64,000 nucleotides of DNA from an uncultured Erysipelotrichaceae bacterium (GCA_902767375.1 CACXGV010000001.1:1080-65079); one strand, 5' to 3'; numbered from the stretch's first letter, positions 36,857 to 44,882 are shown. Translations and numbers: made by a program. The notes: generated by a model from the letters alone, not told the origin.

Positions 36857-39735
36857 TATTTGCTACCTCCTTTGCCTTCAGCAGCCTTATCAGCGGCAGC
36901 ATCAATTTTATCAACAAATTTTGCTCTAAACGCACCACGAACTTCCTCTTCTTTGATACCATCTAAGAAGCCGCGGATTTGTTTTAATTCTTCAACTGTA
37001 TATTTTGTACTATCATCCTTAGAACGAACAATTTGACACAATTTATTAAATTCCTCACCCAAATTAAGAGGAACAGGTGATCCATCTGGATTCATAGTAG
37101 TTACTCCAGCTCTTTCTAAAATCCTTCTTTGAGAAGCTTCAGTTAAAGCTGTGAATTCATCACGAAGTTCGCCACTATTAGCAATCATATAAGCACGAAG
37201 ATCATCCTTAACCTTTTCTAAGTTGCCAATAATCTTTTCATCTACTTCACGCTTAGTTCTATCATCAATTTCTTTCTTTTCTTCTTCATATATGGTCTTA
37301 AGTTCAGTTTTGCGTCTTTCTAATTCAGCAAGTTCTTTACCAATATCAGTTTTTTCAAGTTCTTTTTTCTCAGCTTCTAGTACCATAGCCTCACGAGCAC
37401 CAGAATCAATCTCTAACGCAGCTAATTTAGTATCAATGTCATTAATTTTAGCACCAAATTCAGTAGCATTTAATTCATCTCTTCTAACTTTCATTTCAGC
37501 AGTAAACTTAGTTTTTTCCGTTTCTAAATCAGATAATTTAACTTGAGCTGCAGTTATTTGCGAATCGAGTCCTTTAATCTGTAAATCTTTTTTTTCTGCA
37601 GTTAAAGTAGTATCTTTCCCGATTGCGACTTTTTGTGCTTCTAATGCACTAATTTCAGCAGTAATCTTAGATTTATCTACTTCATATCTAGTTCTGAAAT
37701 TTCTAGCATCAGTGCCAATAGCCTCATTAGTTCTTTTCCAAGCTTCAGCTTCAGGTGTGGCCATTAATCTAGATCTTTCAGCATTTAAAGTCGCAGCCTT
37801 TTCAGAAAAAGATTTATATGCCTCGCTACCATAAATCCTACCTAAATCTTCATCAATCTTTCTAAATCTTGTAGCATGCTCTTCATAGCCTTCTTGACTA
37901 CGTATCCTAGTCTCTTCTCTTCTTAAATTTAATCTTTCATTGTTATAGTATTCCGTAAGACTAGCTTTTTCATTTTTAGCACGATCTTTAATTTCTTGAA
38001 CACCTTTTTGAATAGAATCAGAATTAACAATTGGATTAATTTTCTTTCTAAATTTACCGGCTTTATCAGCATTTTCACCTACACTAGTATAATTAATTCG
38101 GTTCCCAAAATAATTTTGTGGTCCGCCCTCTTGAGCAATTGCATCACTAAAATCATCAAATTTAAGTGCAAGCCCTCTTAAACCAGGAACACGATATGCC
38201 ACATTACCTGGATGTTTACTACTTGCTTCAGCAAAACGTTTTCTTTTAGCATCTCGTTTATCTATAGCCTCAAAAGTTTCAGATGAAGATTTCTTTATTT
38301 CTTTACCTAAATTTTTCAAATCTCCTCCGCTATTTTGCCATCCACGGTATCCACCATGTAAAACAGTTCTTGGAAGGTTACCTATTGCACGGCCAGCTTG
38401 TCTCCATCTATCTTTTACTGGTCGAGAAGAATATGTTCCATCAGCATTTCTTTGATTAAAAATATTAAATCCTTCTCTACCTAGATTTCTAGCTGCGGTG
38501 CCAAGTGCACCAATTCCACGTCTTGCATATTCATAATCTTCACCATTAAGTTTTTTGCCAATTCTCCATTCACCCTTAGCAAAACCACCAACAATACTGT
38601 CTAAAAGTTTAGGGGCAGTTTTGGCAAATTGTAAAATACTTATATACATAATTGCTTTAACAATTAATCTTGTTAAAGAAATATTTGATACATAATCTTT
38701 ATCAATCATGTTCCAGAAATGTCCATTATCTCTAATAAAAGACATTGTATATATAGCAAAATAAATAGTTGCAACACGGACAAATACTAACAAATAAGTA
38801 CTTTTAATTTCATTAAACCACTTAGTAAATATACCACCTGTTGGTTTTGTAATTCTTAAAATAATTGGTATTGGAGCAACAATTTCCAATACTGCTAATT
38901 TAACCGCTCTAGCTCCTACATCAAAGGCAAATGATAAGAATAAATATGCCGAAAATAGACCTAAAGCCATTGCCCATAGCCAGTGATATTCCATCGTCCC
39001 ATCAGTAACTGCTTGATTTAGTTCAGGATCTAGGAAGAATAAACTTAAAAATCCATGATCCATTGCTAAATCATATTTTTCAATATAGTGATCACATAGA
39101 GTTTTTAAATCTCCTTCAATTCCTTCTCCTGAACGGCACTCTGCAGGAGTAACGGCAATTTTAACATCCGGATTATCTGGATCTTGAGATACAGGATGAA
39201 AGAAGGTTGAAAATATTGAAACTGCTACTCTAAAACCTGCATCTTTTGTATCAATCTTTCCGTTTTTCTTAAAATCGTTGTGACTATCTTCTTCTGTCGT
39301 ACTACTCATTAAAATAATATTACCAATGATATTAGATTCTAATATACGATTTTCAACTCTATCAATTGTATCATAAATAAAAGGTAAGAGTGCAATTAAT
39401 ACAATTGAAATAACTGTATTCTTAGCAAGGCCCTTTAATGATTTATCATCATTTGCTCCTACTTTATCTGGATCAGCAATTAATCTTAATACACTAATAG
39501 CAAGAACAAATAACATTACAACCCCTAAGACAACGTAAATTCTCTTAGTAATTGCCCCTATTCCATCTGGATCATTAACATCAAAAATTCTAGCTCTTGT
39601 AACAATATAAAAAATACGATACATATAACCAGTAATATTATAAATAAGTGCATTTATAAGTAATGTAATTCCTCTTAAAGTATTTAAGACAAAATCACCT
39701 ATGTTAAATAATTTTAAAGCAACAATATTTGTCAC
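36856..39735 (-). CDS. VirB6-like polytopic membrane protein with long C-terminal coiled coil (TcpH/ConG/PrgH analog)
   Basis: 959 aa. Multiple TM helices in the first ~400 aa, then a charged coiled-coil region. Its position next to the VirB3/VirB4 genes supports the call. Confidence 0.6.
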   Translation of the reverse strand: MTNIVALKLFNIGDFVLNTLRGITLLINALIYNITGYMYRIFYIVTRARIFDVNDPDGIGAITKRIYVVLGVVMLFVLAISVLRLIADPDKVGANDDKSLKGLAKNTVISIVLIALLPFIYDTIDRVENRILESNIIGNIILMSSTTEEDSHNDFKKNGKIDTKDAGFRVAVSIFSTFFHPVSQDPDNPDVKIAVTPAECRSGEGIEGDLKTLCDHYIEKYDLAMDHGFLSLFFLDPELNQAVTDGTMEYHWLWAMALGLFSAYLFLSFAFDVGARAVKLAVLEIVAPIPIILRITKPTGGIFTKWFNEIKSTYLLVFVRVATIYFAIYTMSFIRDNGHFWNMIDKDYVSNISLTRLIVKAIMYISILQFAKTAPKLLDSIVGGFAKGEWRIGKKLNGEDYEYARRGIGALGTAARNLGREGFNIFNQRNADGTYSSRPVKDRWRQAGRAIGNLPRTVLHGGYRGWQNSGGDLKNLGKEIKKSSSETFEAIDKRDAKRKRFAEASSKHPGNVAYRVPGLRGLALKFDDFSDAIAQEGGPQNYFGNRINYTSVGENADKAGKFRKKINPIVNSDSIQKGVQEIKDRAKNEKASLTEYYNNERLNLRREETRIRSQEGYEEHATRFRKIDEDLGRIYGSEAYKSFSEKAATLNAERSRLMATPEAEAWKRTNEAIGTDARNFRTRYEVDKSKITAEISALEAQKVAIGKDTTLTAEKKDLQIKGLDSQITAAQVKLSDLETEKTKFTAEMKVRRDELNATEFGAKINDIDTKLAALEIDSGAREAMVLEAEKKELEKTDIGKELAELERRKTELKTIYEEEKKEIDDRTKREVDEKIIGNLEKVKDDLRAYMIANSGELRDEFTALTEASQRRILERAGVTTMNPDGSPVPLNLGEEFNKLCQIVRSKDDSTKYTVEELKQIRGFLDGIKEEEVRGAFRAKFVDKIDAAADKAAEGKGGSK

Positions 39736-39750
39736 TAAACAGCCTCCTTT

Positions 39751-40647
39751 CTATTGAACGCATGTTGTATAACTTGGATCTATAAATGATAAGAATAAAT
39801 TAATTAATATTGGTAAGAAGAACAATAAAACAATTAAGAATATTCTTGTAAGCAGTCTCTTATTTGCCTTAGTTAAAGCTTCAGCATCTTTATTAGCAAC
39901 AGCCTTTAAATAATCTAAAACCGTAAAGAAACCAACCATAATAGGACCAATAATTCTAATTGCATCCATAGCAGATTGTAAATCTTCACTTATCCCCGCT
40001 AATACTCCATCACAATCTGCTTCAACAGTTTGAAGTGTTGGGTCGTCGGTACTACCATAACCAGACATATTTACTGATTGGGAAACCGAACCATTACTTG
40101 AACGAGTGAATCCTGCAGCTGAAAGACTATAACATGCTCCTGAAGCAGCATCCCAAGCACAAGTATCACTTTTCTTTTTACACTCAGTTTTTTTTAAACT
40201 AGAGCATGTTGAATTATCAGTAGCTTCGGTATTATGACTAGCTCTTTGACTAGGTGTGTCGGCCTTGTTATAGCATTTCTTTGTTACAGTATCAAAAACG
40301 CAATCCGTAACTGAATTACATTTACCCTTATCGGTATACTTTGTACAACTAACATTTTCATCAACTTGTTCTTCTTTAATGCAAACAGCTTCCGCATTAT
40401 AAATATCAAATTTCGCACCAATACCTAAAAAACCAGACTTTGATTTAATCCAGCATTGAGAGGTAATATCGCTTTGTTTTTTAACCTTAGTGCCACACTT
40501 CTTACCTACTTTTTTGTTATAAGATTCATTTACTAAATCACTACTTTGAAGTTCCCATTGTTTACATATTCCAACAGCACTAGCATCTATCTTAAAAAGT
40601 AAAAATATACTAAAAAATAAACATATTGATATTAATATTTTTTTCAT
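39751..40647 (-). CDS. Cys-rich secreted domain fused to a VirB2/TrbC-like 2-TM module
   Basis: ATG 40647 (MKKILISI...) follows GAGGT. About 14 Cys, including repeated C-x4-5-[DT]C-x2-D-x4-5-CY units. The C-terminal 2-TM module (DYLKAVANKDAEALTKANKR between the helices) is paralogous to the 126-aa protein. Confidence 0.55.
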   Translation of the reverse strand: MKKILISICLFFSIFLLFKIDASAVGICKQWELQSSDLVNESYNKKVGKKCGTKVKKQSDITSQCWIKSKSGFLGIGAKFDIYNAEAVCIKEEQVDENVSCTKYTDKGKCNSVTDCVFDTVTKKCYNKADTPSQRASHNTEATDNSTCSSLKKTECKKKSDTCAWDAASGACYSLSAAGFTRSSNGSVSQSVNMSGYGSTDDPTLQTVEADCDGVLAGISEDLQSAMDAIRIIGPIMVGFFTVLDYLKAVANKDAEALTKANKRLLTRIFLIVLLFFLPILINLFLSFIDPSYTTCVQ

Positions 40648-40685
40648 ATTAACTACCTCGAATTTCACACAATTATACATTAAAC

Positions 40686-40694
40686 ATTATATCA
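40686..40694 (-). promoter_or_regulatory. extended -10 element upstream of the Cys-rich virB2-paralog/virB6 operon
   Basis: The minus strand reads TGATATAAT directly after the terminator. A second TGTATAAT lies 9 nt further downstream. Confidence 0.4.
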
Positions 40695-40721
40695 TAAAAA
40701 AAAACAACCTACAAGGTTGTT
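40695..40721 (-). terminator. intrinsic terminator directly after the 126-aa VirB2-like gene
   Basis: AACAACCT / AGGTTGTT 8-bp stem with loop ACA, and a 9-nt U-run on the transcript. Confidence 0.7.
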
Positions 40722-40738
40722 TTCATACATATTTTTAA

Positions 40739-41119
40739 TTATTGAATGCAGCCGTCGGCACCTTTAGTCCAAGGTCTTAAAATGCAAGCTTCACATACAT
40801 TGAAATCCATTGATTCTTCTAGACCGTTTCTTTCAGAACTATAATTACTTACAGCGCCGAAAATAAACATTACGATACTAGGAATAAAGAAAATAACAAT
40901 ACCTGCTATAGCTCTCCACATTAGACTCTTAACAGATTTTTTAATTTCATCGTCTTTAGCTGCAGTAACTGCCTTACCAAAATCAAAAATACCATAAACA
41001 ATAATTAATAATGGAATAGCAATTTTAAATACAGTTAATATCCAACCTACTAATTGAAGGATTCCTGAAGCTTCTGAACAAAAATTACTTACATCAATAC
41101 CATCTAATATAGTAAACAT
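40739..41119 (-). CDS. VirB2/TrbC-like small 2-TM protein (candidate pilin/major subunit)
   Basis: 126 aa with two TM helices flanking DFGKAVTAAKDDEIKKSVKS and a Cys-containing tail. It has its own consensus promoter and its own terminator. Confidence 0.5.
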   Translation of the reverse strand: MFTILDGIDVSNFCSEASGILQLVGWILTVFKIAIPLLIIVYGIFDFGKAVTAAKDDEIKKSVKSLMWRAIAGIVIFFIPSIVMFIFGAVSNYSSERNGLEESMDFNVCEACILRPWTKGADGCIQ

Positions 41120-41142
41120 AATCCCACTCCTTACATATATTC

Positions 41143-41171
41143 ATTTTATATTATTTCCGCGTCAAAGTCAA
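41143..41171 (-). promoter_or_regulatory. sigma-A-type promoter dedicated to the 126-aa VirB2-like gene
   Basis: The minus strand reads TTGACT, a 17-nt spacer, then TAAAAT, followed by SD AAGGAG. Confidence 0.55.
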
Positions 41172-41173
41172 CA

Positions 41174-42205
41174 TTATTTGAATAAACCAAATAAACCTCC
41201 ACCGCTCTTAAATTTATCAAAACCTAGTTTAATTAATAACTCATCAACGGCTTTATTTCTACTACTTCTTTCATCGATATTTCCTAAAATATGAAAAACT
41301 TTTAATTTAGTCTCATATTCAAAACTAGGTATATCAGTATCAATCAAAGAACACCTATTAAGTACAATTCTTGCATTATCTCCCATAATTCTAGAATAAT
41401 CCTGATTACTAGTTAATAGTTTAGTTAAACTAACTATCCCGGGCTCCACTAAAAATAATACAAAATCGCATAAATCATTTGCCTTAATAGTATTTAAATC
41501 AATAATCACCGCTTGTTTATCTTTAAATGATTTAATCTTAAATTTCAAATCATCATATGATGTACTTTCACAAATATCTGGATCTCTAAAATATAATGCA
41601 TCTTGGTTAATCATCTCAACCCCTACTGCACTATAATAATTTCTTAACTCTTTAACCATCATATACATCAAACTAGTAGCCCCCGCATGAGGAGTTAAAT
41701 CCTGAATTCCAATAATTATCTGATTAGGATTTTTAACAACTTTATTTTCATTTACATTAGTACTTTTACTAATATCTCCAAACGGATTAAAAGAACTACT
41801 AGTAGTATCTTCTGTTAATGGATTTTGAAAACTATTAACAATAATATACTTTTCTACATCTTTTAAAGTATTAGGATGCGTAGTTAAAAAATTAATACCT
41901 CCGACATTCTTAGTAAAATCATAATATCCATTTTGCACTAACTTAGAAATACATTCCTTAGTAGTATTATTATCTAAAAGTAAGATAACTTTTTCCTTTT
42001 CAAAATAACTTAAAAAATCAAAAAGTATATCAAAATCAGTATAATCTTTAATCGCCGTAATATCTATTATAACTTTACTATAATATAAATTTACTAATTG
42101 ATCATCTAAATCACCCTTGGTAAATTCACCATGTAAAGTTTTAATAACATTAACATCAATTCTATTTAAAAGAGCACTATTTAAATTTTCAATTAATAAA
42201 TTCAC
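41174..42205 (-). CDS. MinD/ParA-fold protein with degenerate P-loop and N-terminal receiver-like domain (TadZ/CpaE-like)
   Basis: IIIGIQDLTPHAGATSLMYMMVKEL sits where the deviant Walker A would be, but there is no Lys. Later FVLFLVEPG and RIVLNRC blocks are typical of the fold. GTG start. Confidence 0.35.
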   Translation of the reverse strand: MNLLIENLNSALLNRIDVNVIKTLHGEFTKGDLDDQLVNLYYSKVIIDITAIKDYTDFDILFDFLSYFEKEKVILLLDNNTTKECISKLVQNGYYDFTKNVGGINFLTTHPNTLKDVEKYIIVNSFQNPLTEDTTSSSFNPFGDISKSTNVNENKVVKNPNQIIIGIQDLTPHAGATSLMYMMVKELRNYYSAVGVEMINQDALYFRDPDICESTSYDDLKFKIKSFKDKQAVIIDLNTIKANDLCDFVLFLVEPGIVSLTKLLTSNQDYSRIMGDNARIVLNRCSLIDTDIPSFEYETKLKVFHILGNIDERSSRNKAVDELLIKLGFDKFKSGGGLFGLFK

Positions 42206-42219
42206 GCCATCATCTTCCT

Positions 42220-42654
42220 CTATAATTTGTCATTTGCAAAATACACTGCTTTACTCTCACCAGTAACAGGGAAAGTAAATAAACTACCAAATATTGGTAA
42301 ATCTAATTTAAAATAAACTGTAACATAATAATAAGTCTTTTTAAATGTTCCTTCACCTTTAGCTTTGGTAGAAACACAATATCTATACTTTTTTTGTCCA
42401 CCAACAAGTTCATCATAACCCTTGGCATCTTTACAGTTACCATAAACAAAATAACCATAACCGTCTAAATACTCACTAATTTCAGTTCTAGCTTTACTAT
42501 TCATACCTTCATTTTGTTCAATAATATTAATAATACCATTCTTAACTCTAAATGCTTTTGAATAGTTTACAGATACAGCTAAATAACCAGAAAAGAGCAC
42601 TATAAATACGATAACTATGGTAAATATCCACGCTCCACCAATTGCTTCTCTCAT
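42220..42654 (-). CDS. pseudopilin/TadE-like membrane-anchored protein
   Basis: MREAIGGAWIFTIVIVFIVLFSGYLAVSVNY: a short charged N-terminus, a Gly, and a ~20-aa hydrophobic helix. Confidence 0.3.
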   Translation of the reverse strand: MREAIGGAWIFTIVIVFIVLFSGYLAVSVNYSKAFRVKNGIINIIEQNEGMNSKARTEISEYLDGYGYFVYGNCKDAKGYDELVGGQKKYRYCVSTKAKGEGTFKKTYYYVTVYFKLDLPIFGSLFTFPVTGESKAVYFANDKL

Positions 42655-42666
42655 CTATAAGACTCC

Positions 42667-42915
42667 TTATTTATTATTTTGATTACATTGAACTGTGCCA
42701 GTTTTTGTACAAGCTTCATCTTCACAGTATTTGCAAGTACACATACCAGTACTAGCATTACAGTTATTACATTCGTAAGCTTGAGAACAATGAGTACTTC
42801 TTAGAATGTTTGCCTTAATTGATGGCCATACTAATGTTGTAAACACCACCCCTATAGCAGCAATTGCTACAACTGCAATAGCAGTCATACTTAATTCTCC
42901 AGATGCTTCTTTCAC
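42667..42915 (-). CDS. Flp-like small pilin candidate with Cys-rich C-terminal knot
   Basis: MKEASGELSMTAIAVVAIAAIGVVF resembles Flp leader/core sequences (ESG..TAI..). The C-terminal 40 aa hold 8 Cys. GTG start 9 nt after AGGAGG. First gene behind a consensus promoter. Confidence 0.35.
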   Translation of the reverse strand: MKEASGELSMTAIAVVAIAAIGVVFTTLVWPSIKANILRSTHCSQAYECNNCNASTGMCTCKYCEDEACTKTGTVQCNQNNK

Positions 42916-42950
42916 TTTTACATTCCTCCTATTCTTATAATCATAATATC

Positions 42951-42979
42951 ATTATACCTCATTAATTTCAATCTATCAA
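42951..42979 (-). promoter_or_regulatory. consensus sigma-A-type promoter of the Flp-like/TadE-like/TadZ-like operon
   Basis: The minus strand reads TTGATA, a 17-nt spacer, then TATAAT, followed by AGGAGG and the GTG start. Confidence 0.6.
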
Positions 42980-42990
42980 TTATCTTTTTA

Positions 42991-43015
42991 CAAAAAAATA
43001 GCACCAAAGTGCTAT
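42991..43015 (-). terminator. intrinsic terminator after the cadherin-like surface-protein gene
   Basis: ATAGCAC / GTGCTAT 7-bp stem with loop CAAA, and a 7-nt U-run on the transcript. Confidence 0.6.
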
Positions 43016-44607
43016 TCATAATCATAGTTTTTATCACTCTTTGCAGGTACTACTTTTCCTAATAATTTAAAGCCAAATACTGCTGCAATGCCTAAAACAA
43101 TTGCTCCGATAACATACAATATTACATTAGTTGATTTAATAATATTTATAGTATATATGTTTTCTTCCCCGTTTAAAGCTGTGACTTTTATTCTAACTGT
43201 TGATTTATTCTTAAGATGGGCATTTCCTAAAATAACATATTCAGCTTCTTCATTATCTAATTCAACCTCAATATTTAATTTATCATCACGATTCTTAAGT
43301 TTTAATTTATAATCATTTACATTAGGATTAAAATTAATTTTATATCCATCAATCTTAATACTTTTAATTAAATTATTTCCTTCTTCTTCCTCATTGATTC
43401 CAAACTTAATATTAATAACATAAAGTTTAGTACTTCCATCTTCAGCTGTAACTGTAACTGTAATTGGTTTGATATCTGAAATATCCTTATTATTAGCAAT
43501 TTCAACCTTAGCTTTTTCAGATTCAGCAGTAGCCGTTACAACAATATCTTTAGTACCTTTTGGTACTTCAATAGTATAAGTAGTAGTATCTTTATTAAAC
43601 TCTAACTTACCAATATCTACCTTTAATTCTTTTAAATAACTATTAGTATCTAAAACTGGTCCATTATACTTAATATTAATAGTATATGTTCTAGATGATC
43701 CACTTTCAGATGTAACAACAATTTTAATCGGATTTTCCTCATTAAAATTATCATTATTTAAAACAGATACTTTTGCTTTACTAGATTCAGCCTTAGCATT
43801 TACATCTATTTTAGTAACATCTCTATCAATATTAATAGTATATTCAGTAGTATTTTTATTAAATTCAATTGTTCCTTGAGACAAACTTAAACTACTTAAA
43901 TAATTATTAGTATCTTTACTTGGAGTAGATGAACCACCACTACTCTTAAATTTAACACTAATTAAATATGTTCTAGTAGAACCATTTTCTGCAATAACAG
44001 TTACAGAAATTGGAGTATTTTCACTAATATTTTTATTATTATTAATTGAAATAGTAGCTCTATTGGATTCAGCAGTTGCTGAAACAGTAACATTCTTAGT
44101 TCCTTTTGGTACCTCTATTTGATAAGCAATCGTATTCTTATTAAATCTAATAGATCCAGGAGATACCTTTAAACTCTTTAAATAATTATTAGTATCTAAA
44201 GTACTGGTTCCTCCACCACCACCCATATAAGTAGTACCATCTTTATTCTTATCGCAATCATACATAACAACTAAAGAGCAGTATTTAACATCTGTTCTAG
44301 GAGTACATGATCCGCTATACTGATCACAACCACTTCTAATTGTCTTAACATAATAATTCCTATTTCCATTAGAACATGAAACCATATCACTAGATATATA
44401 ATATTCTTGTTTCCATTCTCCTGTATAACAACTAGCTCTCTTACATTGTCCGATATATCCTTGACCAGAAGCATTAACTAAATTATCTTGAAAATTAATA
44501 CATCCATTATAACCAATATCATTTCCAACTGGTGTACTAGAATTAGCACCCCAAACAACAACAGGCCACATAAAAGCAAGGCCTAAAACTATCCATAATT
44601 TCTTCAT
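43012..44607 (-). CDS. surface protein: Cys-rich N-domain, four cadherin-like beta-sandwich repeats, C-terminal TM
   Basis: Repeats of the type NNYLKSLKVSPGSIRFNKNTIAYQIEVPKGTKNVTVSATAES...STRTYLISVKF. ATG 44607 follows AGAGGTG. Confidence 0.7.
   Translation of the reverse strand: MKKLWIVLGLAFMWPVVVWGANSSTPVGNDIGYNGCINFQDNLVNASGQGYIGQCKRASCYTGEWKQEYYISSDMVSCSNGNRNYYVKTIRSGCDQYSGSCTPRTDVKYCSLVVMYDCDKNKDGTTYMGGGGGTSTLDTNNYLKSLKVSPGSIRFNKNTIAYQIEVPKGTKNVTVSATAESNRATISINNNKNISENTPISVTVIAENGSTRTYLISVKFKSSGGSSTPSKDTNNYLSSLSLSQGTIEFNKNTTEYTINIDRDVTKIDVNAKAESSKAKVSVLNNDNFNEENPIKIVVTSESGSSRTYTINIKYNGPVLDTNSYLKELKVDIGKLEFNKDTTTYTIEVPKGTKDIVVTATAESEKAKVEIANNKDISDIKPITVTVTAEDGSTKLYVINIKFGINEEEEGNNLIKSIKIDGYKINFNPNVNDYKLKLKNRDDKLNIEVELDNEEAEYVILGNAHLKNKSTVRIKVTALNGEENIYTINIIKSTNVILYVIGAIVLGIAAVFGFKLLGKVVPAKSDKNYDYE
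43138..44199 (-). repeat. four cadherin-like beta-sandwich domain repeats (~83 aa each), coding
   Basis: Repeat boundaries at about residues 140-223, 236-317, 322-405 and 413-493 of the track ORF. Confidence 0.65.
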
Positions 44608-44624
44608 AAAAAACACCTCTAAGA

Positions 44625-44855
44625 TTAAATTTCTTGAAATACGTTCTTTTTATTAAGAATATATAAAACTGCTCCTAAACTAACTGAAACAGCACCTAAA
44701 GTAATAAAATAATCTTCTACCCCTGTATCTGGACTCTTTTCTATATTAGAAGTTGTCGTAGTTGTACTTGTAGTAGTATTTTCATCTTCTTCAGCTGCCA
44801 TAACCATTATAGGCATCATAAACAATACTAATATCATCACTAATATTTTCTTCAT
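44625..44855 (-). CDS. 76-aa mini sortase substrate (signal peptide, ~24-aa acidic/Thr-rich segment, SPDTG sorting signal)
   Basis: MKKILVMILVLFMMPIMVMA / AEEDENTTTSTTTTTSNIEK / SPDTG followed by a hydrophobic stretch and KKN. Has its own consensus promoter and SD AGGAGG. Confidence 0.55.
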   Translation of the reverse strand: MKKILVMILVLFMMPIMVMAAEEDENTTTSTTTTTSNIEKSPDTGVEDYFITLGAVSVSLGAVLYILNKKNVFQEI

Positions 44856-44882
44856 TTTATATCCTCCTAATTATCTAAATTA

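Larger units (their letters stand above)
25727..42979 (-). other. T4SS-like gene cluster (Gram-positive conjugation-type apparatus genes); no relaxase, integrase or transposase recognised
   Basis: Seventeen co-directional genes with short gaps or TAATG overlaps. They run from promoter 42951-42979 to terminator 25709-25728. Members are listed individually below. Confidence 0.7.
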
